Positions 1-13,030 of a stretch of DNA of 64,000 bases are shown piece after piece. The position numbers and the translations under genes were made by a program. The stretch spans positions 52,206,001-52,270,000 of the forward strand of contig CM052817.1 of assembly GCA_028534125.1 (NCBI GenBank). Direction: 5' to 3'. Under the pieces are notes generated by a model. It did no database searches, was not told where the DNA came from, and saw nothing but the letters and a program-made list of their open reading frames with translations. Position 1 is the stretch's first letter. Every line of letters starts with the position of its first letter. Source of the stretch: Lama glama. Its lineage: Eukaryota.

Positions 1-519
1 AACAGGAGTATGCAAAATTCTTTCCTTAATATTTCACAATGTTCTGGACATATATGTGAATTAGGACAATTTGGTAATAAAAGACAACAAAACAGAGGCT
101 TATTTATTTCTCCAAAAGTCTAGGTTTGGCTGAATGTAATGGAAAAGGAAAAAGAAAGTCAGGAATGCTACTCAGAATAAGAAACGGTCAACAGGAATGA
201 AAAGGTAAGTGCAGATGAATAGTAAAGAATGGACTCATAGCCAATCTGAGAAGGCTCTGTAACAACACATTGGAATCTACATGACTAGACCAATAACTCA
301 GAACAGAGGAATACACTGGAGAAATGGTAGTCACACAAACAGTGGGGTCATCCCAGGGAAGCAATGCAGTAAATTTTGCCACAAAGGAATACAGAACTAT
401 AATAATCTTTGCTGAAAAGACTTAGACTTAAAGCTGTTAGAACATGCATCCATTTGAGTGTATCCTGTAATCTTGTATCAAGAGTTATGCCTATGACAAT
501 AATAATAGCTACATGTCAT

Positions 520-670
520 TTGTTTCTCAAGGTTGTCCCAAAGGTAGATTCTATTACTTCCATGTTGTGGATGTGGAAACAAAGGCTTGGAGAACTTAAG
601 TAACACATCTAAAGTGAGGAAGCCGTTATTTCTGCATGGGTCTATCTGATGCCAGCAACTGTGCTGTGTG
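520..670 (-). mobile_element. MIR SINE fragment (degenerate)
   Basis: 'catgttgtggatgtggaaacaaaggcttggagaacttaagtaacacatctaaag' resembles the MIR core (ccattttacagatgaggaaactgaggc...aagtaacttgcccaagg). Confidence 0.55.
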
Positions 671-2374
671 CTTTCACTTTTTCCTACATTCTACCAAAAT
701 TTGAAAACAAAGTATACAAAATTCTTATGTTTTGTTCCTAGTGTTTACTATGGTTGTTGGAATTTTAAGAATACACTGTGAAAAACCGATTCAGGAATTT
801 ACTCTTTTTCAACTCGCTTGCACGAGAGAGGAAAGGGTAAGGAGCCCTCTTTTGTAACAACTCATGGAAAAAAAGATCAGTAAAAAGCAGATTGTTACAA
901 GAAAGAATTATTACATTTAAGCTGCCTCCCTGAGGCTTAATATATTATATTTATTTCAAAATCACCTACCTTTCTGATCATTTTCTGTATTTAGACCTGA
1001 CTCCATGGTTATCATTTTATAGTATTTTCTTTTTTGAAGATTCAAGGCTTTGTTTGTTTTCTTTTATGAATAACAGACATTAACATTAATGTTACACTAC
1101 TGCCATCTTGTGAGTGCTCAAGATTTCTACTACTTCTTTGGCTTTTGCCAAATTGCATAAGCAGGTAGATTGATTGTAGAGATTGACAAATTACTTTTGA
1201 TGATAAAACACAAGTTGCAATTAAATAGTACTTTGCAACCAAAAGCCATACTTAATCAGAAAGGGCTTTAAACAATTTCAATATGAATTTCACATGGAAT
1301 CACTCTTAGCTACTTGCTTTAGCTGCATAATTTTACTTACTTGTATATGTAAATTTATGAAATATGAATTAGCCTAAATTAATACACATTAGATAAGACT
1401 TCTATGTGCATGGTCAAAATTTTGAAGAGTAAACCTTTAAAAAGGGAATTAAATACTAATTGTCTTTTTATTATTTCTTAGTGGCCTTGTAGATAGCTAG
1501 TTGACTACAATGAAGAGGTTTTGATCAATGGTAATATAAAACTATTTATTGATAGATACTGTGACTGTTTTAGGTACCCTGAAGAGTGTGATTCTTTGTG
1601 AATCAGTCGTGAAACTTCATTTTACTTGCAGATAATTTAAGGAAAAAGTTTCAAGTCATTGTTATTTAGAAACAATAATCTAGCACTCTACCCTCCCGCC
1701 ACAAAGCTGTATTTTCTCTCTAAGTATTTGAACTGAGTTGAATTAATAACATCTATCCTTTCATATTGCTGAATTACCCAGTGATATTTATTTTAATATA
1801 TTCCCAATTTGAATGGGTGACATATTTTCTACACTTTTGTTATATTTCAGAAAGAATAAGCTTTGTTTAAGAAAAATGTGTTAACATAGGTAGCATAAAC
1901 TTTCCTTAGTGTAGATAACACTAAATGAATAAAAGGCATGAAATTACATACTTGCATTATTTGACAAGACAATCCAGATAATTCAAAGATCTAAATTTTT
2001 ACTTTATCAATATTTAGTTAAATACTCCAAATGATTGGTTAGACTCAGTGGAGGTTTGCCTATCATAAAGATCACAATCTCAAACTTACACTAACAAGTC
2101 CTTAATTATTTATCAATAATCATACAAATTATTTCCCGGTTTTGAAAATCAATTATACTTGCACATCAGTTTTCACTCATCAAATTTGTTTGTCTTAAAT
2201 AATTGCCTTGCCTTTTAAGGGGTCTTCATACATTACAAAAAAAAAATTAAAGACTTTAGAATATAAATTGAATTTAGTTTGTGGTTAACCTGAATAAAAA
2301 TGTTGCTCTTTGGAGAAAAAAACTCAATAATCAATTATATCTATTTAGTCAAGATGGGGAGAGACTGTTTAGGA

Positions 2375-2467
2375 TTGCAGGGAGGAAGAGTGAAAAAAAA
2401 AAAAAGCAAGAAAGAAGAAATTAGGAAAGAAGGAGGAAGGGAGGAGAGAGAAAGAAAAGATAAGAAG
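2375..2467. repeat. Purine-rich (GA/A) low-complexity tract
   Basis: Run of almost only A/G: aaaaaagcaagaaagaagaaattaggaaagaaggaggaagggaggagagagaaagaaaaga. Confidence 0.85.
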
Positions 2468-5400
2468 CCTTGTTTTTAAAACCTTTAACAAAGAGAAACC
2501 CATTTGCTTTTTGCAGCTTACATTTAGATTGCATTTACACATAATAGTCTCATTAATTTTCAAAAAGTAAGAAAATGAACTAGGTCTAAAACATATTTTT
2601 GTCTCACAAAGGCATGACTTTTTTTCAGAAGAACATCTAGAGGAATAGAATCAGAGTGAAAAACGTGTTTCCAGAGCAGATGACTGTAAATCAGTACTGA
2701 ATCAAATGACTTTAGAAAAGCAAAGCCAAATCTATGGCTGGCTACTCTAAGTAAGTGAGGTGGAACAAGAGTGACCATGAAACCTAAGCTGCCAGAGGCT
2801 TGACTACCTTTGGAGAAACTGAGAAAACGAAATGCCTATGTTTTCCTCTAAGAGAGTACCAGGAGTGATTATTGGTTTTATGCCTGAGAGCAAAATTACC
2901 AAAACACATCTGTCTTTTCTCTATGTAGGTTGTTTCCTTGCGTTCAATTAGCTAAAATTTCCTTCAGAATTTTCTTTTTTATTAGGTTATGAATAATAAT
3001 GAGTGTAGATTTCTGACTCTTGTTGAACTGCCTTATAATGCAGAGCTCTTGGAAAGAGGTTAATACATAATTTTAAAGACAGTTACAAATCCTTTTTTTT
3101 TTTTTTTACATCACACAGAAAGGTACGAAATTGATTAGCTTGTAATTGGTCATAAAAATAACATAAAAACACCGCTGTTTCACCTTGAAACACCTAATAA
3201 ACAAATGACACTTGAAAAAATGTGCTAAATAAAATTTGTTTGCTAACTAAGGTAGGAAAACTTCTCTTTTCCATTTATAGATATTAGGTAAATGTTTTTG
3301 AATCTGTGTATCTTACCAATTGTTTCCATTATATTTCAAATAAATCCCCTTTCAGTTAGCATCAGCTAAAAGTGAGTTTCCTGATTTTCAACTGTATGTT
3401 ACAAGATCATAACATATTTTTACTTACAAAGTAAATATTACCTCTTTTACATATTTTTAATTATACTTTTATCATGAACAGATAATTTGTAAGACATCCA
3501 TATTATCAAATAGATTTTTGATAGATTCAACCTAACCTAATCACTACTCCTCAGTTTCCTACTGGCTTATTTTCACTTATTTAAACAATTTGGAAGGAAT
3601 CCCATTTACCTCTGGAAATAACTCCATGTAAACAGCCACTTCTCTAGCCATGGGATCCATTTCTCACTATATGAAAACCTCCCACGTTGGTGATTTGACC
3701 TTTAAAATTACACTGAGGGATCAGGAAAATATACAGAAGGGATAATTTATAGAAGATGGAGTTTTACTTTCATTACAGCTTTTGAAACTATCTGAAAACA
3801 TTTGAATTAGGCAAAAATTCTTCTCCTAGTAAATTACAGAACCTATAACTGTTCCTATGATTGAGCAGACCAATGAGTTTTAACTATGCTCCGCTGCTTG
3901 ATAGCTTCCTTGAATAAAATTTTATCTTATTTTTGCAAAGGGCTTGAAATTACTTCCAGTAATATGTGAAGCTCATCAGTTTCTATTTATAACTCTCTAA
4001 TATGTAAGCCTGTGATGGGCACCAGTGCCCTGAATCTCCTATAGATTCACGGTCTCATTTCCATGCTGATTAAGCCTGGACTGGCCTTTGTGATAATGAT
4101 CCAAAGATCTTCATACTCCTTATATAACTCCCTAATAGAAGACCGGCACTTACACTACTGCCATCATTCCCCTTCTTGTTTGGAAGACTGTACTTTCTGG
4201 TGTTTTAATTATTACTGTGCATTATTGTCTTCTAAATTGCATGTGGGCATAGATGTTGGATATGCTATGATTCTTTATCAAAAGCTGAAAGGAAAAAAAG
4301 CAAATGCCATTATCATTTTTACTCAAACATTGTAGACATGGATCTGGGGTATAATTTACTACTTGCATTACTGTAAAATTTCTTGAAAATTATTTACAGG
4401 CCCTGTAACTATTTTAGTCTCTTCCAAAATAGGTAATAAATTCATTGTGTCACTTTTATAATTGTTATACTGTGGGGAAATATCATAGTAGTCATGAAGC
4501 TAATTGCTTAAAATAGCGATACATAAAAATAGTCCTTTATGCAAAATGCACCCTGACTTTTGAAAGATTTTCTATAATGTGATTTTAGTACTAATTACAT
4601 AGATCAATAAAGATGTTAGGCATGCTTTTTTTGGATATAATTAGTGCAGCAGTGATAAAAAGCTAGAGAAAGTTAGCAAAATTATATTTCAAATATAGGC
4701 AAATTAAGTGATTAAATATAAGTCTTAATTAGAGCATCAGTATCATATTACCACTCAGGTCTCACCACAGAAATATAAAACAGACAGACATAGACTTGTT
4801 GGACCATCTGGATCGTATTACTAACATTTTTTACCGATAGTACTTCATTTGAATTTATATTTTTAGGGAGTAAGTAATATCCTTACTAAAATAAAAAAAC
4901 AGATTATGTATCTAGTAGCAGTGGTACTCTAAAGCATTATAGAAAATTGAGACACTCTGTATCCAATTCAGAGTTAATAATTCACTGCAAAGGATTTTGG
5001 AAACATCAAACACTATAAGAACACTCTACTAGGCACTTTAAGGTCAACATCAATTTTTATACGGGTTGCCACAAATACTACAAGGCATGTCCTTCTGAAA
5101 TCATAGTGGTGTTTTATACTACAACTTAGAATATCAAATAGTATTATAACCAGAACATGTGTTATCAAAAACTTCAAATTCTGTTTCTGTCTAAACACTA
5201 AATGTTCTAAACAAATGCTGCAATTCTTGAATGCACCACTTCCTTGGGAATTGACACTGTTAACAGGAGCCTACACATAGTGGTTCTAGTGGATTTTTGA
5301 TGAATTGAAACATCCTCCATTATTATATTCTCCTTTTTTATTGACTTGACATCTATTTTTGTTTATTGTTAGTACAGATACTCAAGGTATCTCTTCATTA

Positions 5401-5539
5401 TGGTTTGCATGGAACAATTTTTTACCCTTTTAAATTTTTAGAAATTTTATAAAATGTATTTATTTATTTATTTTTAATTGGAGTATAGCTGATTTACTAT
5501 GCTGTGTTAATTTCTGGTGTATACCATAATGATTTGGTT

Positions 5540-5581
5540 ATATGTATGTATGTATGTATATATATATATATATATATATAT
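5540..5581. repeat. (TATG)n(TA)n microsatellite in L1 3' UTR
   Basis: Direct reading. Confidence 0.95.
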
Positions 5582-5584
5582 TTC

Positions 5585-5950
5585 TGCATCCAGCACAGCT
5601 CAGGATGGGTGACGCAAGACTTAAGAAACAAAGAGACAAAGTAAAGAGCAAAGATGGGACCAGGGGATTCAAGATCTTGTGGATCCAGAGTCCCCAAAGC
5701 CTAGTCGACATCATATTTATTAGGCGTATACAGCTCAGGAAAAAATGCGATCAAAGAGGAGAGGCTTTAATATATTCCATGCGATAAGCACCAAGTTCTG
5801 CTTGCTGATTAATTTATTAATTTCAGGCCTATCCCTTCGAGGAACAATCACCCTCCTCGGGGTATGCAAAATTTCTAAATCTATCTTGTTATTGCCTCCA
5901 GGACATCTCGAGATAGCAAGTATTTCCCCTGGGCTTAACCAAATGCTTTC
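5585..5950 (-). mobile_element. ERV LTR, partial; probably class II/ERVK-like
   Basis: CpG-retaining block that interrupts the L1. Begins TG on plus (= ...CA 3' end on minus). Minus-strand AATAAA (plus tttatt 5716-5721) with a TATA-like element close upstream on the minus strand. U5-like pyrimidine-rich tail. Confidence 0.65.
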
Positions 5951-6729
5951 TGAACCTGTTTCTGTTTTGTAAATAAGTTCATTCATGTCAGGACTACAAT
6001 GAGGTATCACCTCACACCAGTGAGAATGGCCATCATTAAAAAGTCCACAAATGATAAATCCTGGAGAGGATGTGGAGAAAAGGAAACCCTCCTACACTGT
6101 TGGAAGCAACCTAAATGTCCATGTGTCCACTGACAGATGATTGGATAAAGAGGTTATGCAGGGTGTGTGTGTGTGCACGTGCACGCTTGCACACACGTGC
6201 ACAATGAAATAGTACCCAGCCATAAAAAAGAATTTTAAAATGCTATTTGTAGCAACATGGATGGACCTAGAGAGTATCACACTAAGTGAAGTAAATCAGG
6301 CAGAGAAAGACAAATATCATATGATATCACTTATATATGGAATCACCATTTTATTTTTAACATATCTGGGTCTTTATATTGAAACTGGATCTCTAATGTC
6401 ACCCAGGACACCAATTTATCCAAATAGATATTAATCTGATTCCTGTAGCAGGGACTGCCCTATGCAAGACAAGTAAGATGAGGAAGCAGGGTCCTTGAAC
6501 CTTTAGAATTTTCTACTGCTATTCTGTGAGGGAATAGAGGCTAGAAAAGGAAAAATTCCTTTATTCCTCTTCCTACAAAAGATGAGTTTCTAGCATCTTA
6601 ATGTGGGATTCTGTATGTGCATTATCATAGAAATAATTTAGACATATAAACTAATATTTTCTACACAGAAAACTATAAATCCATCTTTCATAAATAATCA
6701 AATTCAACAATCTCTGAGTTTTTTTGTTC

Positions 6730-7480
6730 CATTAACCCTTAGTATAGTATTTGATATGGTTGTGTTTAAGTCTGTCATTTTGCTATATATATGTATTTTT
6801 ATTCCGTCTGTTTTTGTTCCTTTTCTTTTTTTCCTCCTGCCTTTTAAATCAATCAGATACTATCCATTATTTCAATTTTCTTCTTTAACATAATATACAT
6901 TTAATTTTTTAGTTACTTATATTTGTTCTATTTGTACACATTGGTTTACTTGTTTATCACATCATGGATTAGAATTTGCATCTTTAGTTTGTCACAGTCT
7001 ACCTTGAATTAATATACCTCTTCATGAGAATTTAAAACAATATTTTTCTACTTATGCTATTCTTCTCCTTTGTTCTTTTTTTTGTCATCCACTTTACTTC
7101 TTTATATTTTATATGACAATTCATTGTTATCAATTTTCCTTAGTCAATTTTCTTTTAAAGAAATATTAAAAATTAAAATAAAAATTTATATGTACTCATA
7201 TTTTCCAATTCTGGTGATTGTTTTTAAATTCCTTTGTGTGGTTCCAAGTGTCTGCTTATATTCATCACTTCCTTTCAGTTTGAAAAATTTTTATTAGTAT
7301 TTCTGGTAGTGTAAACTTTCCATTGATGAATTTTCCTAGCCATTTTTTTAAACTGAAATATCTTTGTTTTACCATCATTTTTGAAGGAGACTTACTGGAT
7401 TCAAATTGCAGGTTGGTAGCTTTTTTTTTTTTCTTCTTCAGCACTTCTGAGATGTGAATATGTCCAATAGCCATTATTCT
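6730..7480 (-). mobile_element. Old L1M-type fragment(s)
   Basis: T-rich, with L1M antisense signatures ('gtttaagtctgtcattttgcta', 'tttttgaaggagacttactggattcaaattgcaggttggtag'). Confidence 0.65.
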
Positions 7481-7884
7481 GTCATATCTAAAGCTTTGAT
7501 ACAGATTTCAAAAATTACATCCTAAGTGATCTCCCTGAATGTTTTCTGTGAACATTCCAATATATGCAAACCCCTCTAACTAACAGAATATTTCAAAATG
7601 CAGATCCAAACATGTCCTTCTCACATTTAGGCTCATTCATTAGCACACTGTGGCCTGTGATATAAAATTCAAACGTGTTTGTTTATTTCTTCACTTTTCT
7701 CATAATTTGAATCTTACCTCTTTTGTTTAAGTTTTATGTTATTCATTCTCTTATACACAAAGAAATCACATCAACCAATCAAAAACATAATAATTGCTAG
7801 TCCAATTAAGTGTTATAAAGCAATAAAATAAAGGAGTGAGGAATACAATTTTTCAGGAGAACCTGCCTATGTTTTAAGTAGATA

Positions 7885-8080
7885 GATCCTTCTCTGCTCC
7901 TCCTGCTTTCTTACTATAAGGACATTTGTGAATATATCAGGCCCAGCCAGATAATCCAAAATAATTTCTCCAGCTCAAGATCCCGAATGTAATCACATTC
8001 AGTCTTTTTTGCCATGTAAAGTATCTTCAGGATTCAAGAATTGGGACTTTTGGGAAGAGGTGAATTTTTCTGCCTACCAC
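7885..8080 (-). mobile_element. MaLR LTR fragment (MLT1C/D-like)
   Basis: 'tataaggacatttgtgaatatatcaggcccagccagataatccaaaataatttctc...aatcacattc...ttgccatgtaaagt...ttctgcctaccac' is typical MLT1 antisense. Confidence 0.8.
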
Positions 8081-9269
8081 GGATTCAAAAAGGTAGAAAG
8101 ATAATATTAAAATTTTTATACTTGTAGATAAACTCAAAATACTTTTTAGTTGTTCTTCTCTAATCCATTGGAGTTATTAGTCATTAAGCCAGACCCTTAT
8201 GTAGGTCTGAAGTTTTTAGAATTGCCATATAAAAGCAATCTTCAGATATATGACATATACCTAATTCTACATGTCTACCTAATTGAATGTTTATTTTCAA
8301 AATTCATTATGTTAATATTGATAAGACCCATTGAATGTACTGTTTCACTACTTGAAATGACTCATTTTCTTTAGGTGATTTGTAAAGCCTCATTGCACAG
8401 TAATAGGAATTTAATGGCAGAACTCCTCAAATAAACCTCCACAATCCCAGGAATGTTCTTATCTTAACTTTCACATGTTATTACCTGCCTATGTGCTGAT
8501 TGGCTCAAGATTATTTTAAAGGTAAAAAGATACTCATTATGAAGTCACAGGTTAAGAAGATAGCCATCAACCTGCTACTAAAATAATTTAAGTAAGTGAT
8601 TTTGCATCCATGTGAATTACCTTTAATGATGCCATATACCAAAGTAATTTGGTCTTCAGATCTTTTTAGAAACTTGCTTTCTTCCTGAAAGGAGTTTTTG
8701 CTTTCTATGATTTTGTCCTTTATATTTTGCAGAGGTTAAGTCACTCTTTGGATCACTAATGCTATTTCACATATTTAGCCTCACAGTGTTTTCTTCCCTG
8801 TATTTGCATTTGACTGACAGTCTCAGATATGAATATAGTTCCCCATCAAGATGAAAGTCAGATTCTGGGCGTCTTAGTTGAGCACTTCAAGACTGGAAAT
8901 ATGGACAGAAACACAATAAAACACAAGGATTGAACACCTTTTTTTAAAGAAGGAATAAAATATCAGAGACAATGTGATGTCACATCAGGAAAAAAAAAAC
9001 ATTTAGAGGATCAGAATTCTTCAGAATGCAATGTTCTCCTTTTTCTTTTACCAGAAATGTATAAGCATAAATTTCAGGTCCAAATATTTTATAGGTGTTT
9101 GGAAAGAAGACAATGATATTCTGAAATTTTATGGATCTGACTTATTATGATTCATAAAGAAAACATGTAGGAAGTATGCCCAAATCGTATGCCATTAGAA
9201 TTTAGAATATTTGACTGTGACTTACCAGCCTCTCTTATGACACAGACTGCTGTATGGTTGTACAAATGG

Positions 9270-9400
9270 TATTGAATGATCCTTCTACTAGACTGTGAAC
9301 TCTTTGAGGTAGGAAGAATTTCTTTAACTTCTGTATCTCCAGTGTATAACAAAGTGCCTAATACTTATTTGATAGTTAAAATATTAAATGAATAAATAAA
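9270..9400 (+). mobile_element. L2 3' end
   Basis: 'ctactagactgtgaactctttgaggtagg...tgtatctccagtg...gtgcctaatac...aaatgaataaataaa'. Confidence 0.75.
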
Positions 9401-10496
9401 ATGTATGAAATATTATACTAAGAAAAGAGAGATGCATATAATACATTTTAGAAAAATAATAAATACAATAAGTGTATTTTCTAGTTCTGATGATTAAAGA
9501 AACTTCATCTTCTAAAAATATATATATGTATATATATATTTTTCCTATTTATGTAAAAGGTAATTTCCTTTCCATAGAGCATAGTTTCTCCTCATTTTAG
9601 ATACAAATATTTCTCTGGAACATGAGTTTCCAATCCTGGATTTGCACTGGGGGATGATCACTGAGGGGATTCAAATTTAGCAGGTATGTGTTTGACTCCA
9701 CACATATCAATCATTTTACTATTTCATGAGTGATTCCAGCGAGGAGATTTAAAACAGCTGCTGTAGACTTAAGTCACAGTAGTTTTCAAAACTTCTGTCC
9801 CATAAACTGAAAATAGATCATTTTTACTGGATCCGAATTATTTGCAAAGGGTGTTTACAGCCTAGATTGAGGAGTCACATCTATGAATGAGTAGTCCTTA
9901 CATCAAAGTATCTTTATATGAATCATTGGGGTGAATTCTATTTCTTGCTCAGATCATTCCCAATGCAATTTCCTTTGAAGTTTAAATTATTGAAAAGCTG
10001 CTATTTTCTATTAACCATGATACCAATAGATGATCATGCCAGAGAAAAGAATAAGGCATGTAGTCCACCAGGATCCATAATTTCTCATCACTTGCACTAT
10101 GTAGGTTTCTCCCTTTCATTGTATCAGTAAGAGAGAAATTTGGATTAAAAATTGAGTTAGAAGCATTAAAAACATTTCAAATGTTTCAACAATGTGATTT
10201 CAGACATTATTAATTTGAATATTTAATTGGAACCAAGTATTATATTCCCCCTTAGTGTCACACCAAAGAAAGACATGATTCATACACAACATTTCATAAA
10301 TGAATTCCGTAGTGACAATAGGTTTCTTTATTCTGCATCCTCTTAGACTGCACTAAATGTGAGTAAATTCCTGTGAAGTACAAAAGTGAACGTTTGTGAG
10401 AAAGCTGGGAGCTATAGGAAGGTTCATGCCTGTGTAAACAATCAAGGAAAACAAGGAGAGAAAAAAAGTCATTGGATTCAAAATAACCTATGGAGT

Positions 10497-10640
10497 GGGG
10501 GAAAGTATAGCTCAAGTGGTAGAGTGCATGCTTAGCATGCATGAGGTCCCGGGTTCAATTCCCAGTACCTCCTCTAAAAATAAACCTAATTACCTCCCCT
10601 GCTACCAAAATAAAATAAATAATGAAACAACAACAAAACA
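10497..10640 (+). mobile_element. tRNA-derived SINE, vic-1 type (camelid)
   Basis: Pol III A box tagctcaagtgg (10508-10519), B box ggttcaattcc (10552-10562), body cccagtacctcc...aaacctaattacctcccc, A-rich tail. Homologous to the two copies at ~40.0 and ~47.5 kb. Confidence 0.9.
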
Positions 10641-11000
10641 GAGTTGGTTTCAATGAGCATAAAATATGGGGAGGGGTGTTCCTCTCTGAAGAAGTTAAAA
10701 GCAGAAACTTCACTGACTTTCTTCTCACCCTAGTCAGTGTTTATCACTTAAAAAAATTGATCTGGAATGTTCCTACTATAGCATGAATTTCCTTGTTTGA
10801 TTAGAAACATTGTCTATTTCTTCTTTCTTCTTCCCATAGCTGTTCAGTCTTTTGTATCACCAGTTAGCTACCAGAAAGGAGTAAAATCCTCAACAAGCAC
10901 AAACCTAGATGCCACTTAATAGCTAAACATTTATGATAGCCCTATTTCTCTGTATGTCCTTCTGATTTTTTCAAAACTGGATTTACTTTCATCAAATCTT

Positions 11001-12268
11001 TGTTCTGGTCAAGATAGTAGAGTAGGAGGATTCTGGGTTCACCTTCTCTCAAAACACAAAACTACAACATATAGAGTAATTCTTGCTGAAATACACCTGG
11101 AGATTAGGAGAACAGCTCTCCTACAATAAAGGCTGTAAAGAGGAATCTACATGAAGTCAGATAAGAAGAAAGGAGAATAAATCTGGTCAGGACTCACACC
11201 ACAGTCAGGAGACAGAGAAGGAGCATATCTCAGGCTCAGGGATCCTCCCTGGGGAGTGAGGAGCTCAAGCCACATATTAGGCACCTAAGCCCTGAAGGCT
11301 GACAGTGGGAAGACCCAATCCCCCTTAGCTGGTTTGAAAACCAGTGGGACTTACCAAAGGGCTATAAGAAACCGAGACTCTGCTCTTGAAGAGCATGCAC
11401 AGATTTGCTTACTTCTGGTCATAGCAACTGAGGCAGTAGATTGAAAATTGCCTGGGGCTCTGGTCAGCTTGCCAGGGCCACATCAGCATGCCCCTAGCCC
11501 ACACTGGGCACCTACAGAAGTGGTCTTAAGTGACACAATAGGCCAGCTGAACTTAATAGATATCTACAGGACATTTTATCCCAAAACAGCAGAATACACA
11601 TTCTTTTCAAGTGTACGAGGAATGTTCTTCAGGACAGATCACATGTTAGACTACAAAACACACCTCAACGAATTTAAGAAGATAGAAATTACATCAAACA
11701 CTTTTTCCGACCACAGTGGTATGAAACTAGAAATCAATTACAGGCAGTAAAATGAGAAAAACACAAACACGAGATACTAAACAACACACTACTGAAAAAA
11801 TCCCAGTGAGTCAATAAGGAAATCAAAGAGGAAATCAGAAAATATCTCAAGACAAATGAAACTAATATCACAATTTTTCAAAATCTATGGGACACAGCAA
11901 AAATAGATCTTAAGAGGAAAGTTTATAGCAATATAGGCCTATATCAGAAGAAATTAAAAAAAATCTCAAATAAACCTCCTAACCTACCATCTAAAGGATT
12001 TAGAACACGCCAAACAAATTGGATAACATAGAATAAATGGGTAGATTCTTAGAAACATACAAGTTTCCAAGACTGAATCAGGAAGAAATAGATAATTTGA
12101 ACAAAATGATCACTAGAATTGAAACTGAATCAGTAGTAAGACAAAACAAAACAAACAAAGAAAACCTCCCAACAAAGAAAAGTCCAGGACCAGACAACTT
12201 TATAGGTGAATTCTACCAAACATATAAAGATGAGTTAATACTTAATACTTCTCAAACTTTTCCAGAAG
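11001..12268 (+). mobile_element. L1: 5' UTR joined to ORF2 fragments (endonuclease C-terminal half and Z-domain region), internally deleted, no 3' end
   Basis: 5' UTR-like start 'tcaagatagtagagtaggagg'. ORF 11448-11750 contains LIDIYRTFYPKTAEYTFFSS...TFSDHSGMKLEIN (L1 EN with SDH motif). ORF 12037-12285 contains FLETYKFPRLNQEEIDNLN...LPTKKSPGPDNFIGEFYQTYKDEL. Confidence 0.92.
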
Positions 12269-12934
12269 CACATTTGAAACATTGAACACAACTGTTAATT
12301 CCACCACAGCCTTTACTTATAAATGTCCTCTCTGTTCTCATGTTATTCACACACTGATCATAGTCATGATCATCTCTTAAATTCCTGAAATGAGATAGGA
12401 TTTTCTAAAAGCTGACCTTTTTTTTTCTTGTATCTACATACCATTTCAGTACCAAATCCAACTATTTTTATCTTTAATATAATTTTTTTCTTTTCCTTTT
12501 ATATTGCATACAGCCACCATACATTTCGATGTTTATTGCTTTATAATTTTATTACTCTAACCAATTTCTAAATAAATTCTCTGTTTCTGAGTTTTCCCTC
12601 TCTGTATCATACTCTATACTTGGATTTGTCTCTTAGTTCTTCTTTTGACATTGTGCATATCTAATCACACTCTTCAGTGATTAAATATTTGTGGTTAGGA
12701 CTATGCTGGATCCTAATAATTATGCAGAGAACTTGACATGACTGGTGCCTTCATTCAAGGCGCCTATCTTTTCAAATAGAAGCCAGATAATTAAGCAAAA
12801 GATCACAATAAAGTGAGATGCCTATTTTGAAAGGGAAAGAATGTTTCAAATATTCTCACCATACCACATAAATAACTACTCCACTGAAATTTGGAATCCT
12901 TTCTTACATAATCATATTGTAAATACATGGATCC

Positions 12935-13030
12935 ATATGCCATAAAACTCCTAGAGTAAAATATAGGCAGAACACTATTTGACATAAGTCACAGCAATAT
13001 TTTTTGGATCCATTTCCTAAAGTAAAAAAA
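12935..13030 (+). mobile_element. Short internal L1 ORF2 fragment
   Basis: 'ccataaaactcctagagtaaaatataggcagaacactatttgacataagtcacagcaatattttttggatc' is the L1 ORF2 IKLLEENIG-type region. Confidence 0.85.

Larger units (their letters stand above)
5462..6345 (-). mobile_element. 5'-truncated L1 with 5' inversion, interrupted by an ERV LTR
   Basis: T-rich tail plus 'ttaattggagtatagctgatttac...tttctggtgtatac' (L1 3' end, minus). Resumes at ~5950 with 'ctgtttctgttttgtaaataagttcatt'. A plus-strand L1 ORF2-end/3'UTR segment follows at ~5990-6345 (acaatgaggtatcacctcacaccagt...atgatatcacttatatatggaatc). Confidence 0.85.

Noticed and set aside
10497..10572. Possible tRNA gene
   Set aside because: The tRNA-like head continues into a SINE body and A tail and has diverged paralogs in the window; it is a SINE, not a tRNA gene.
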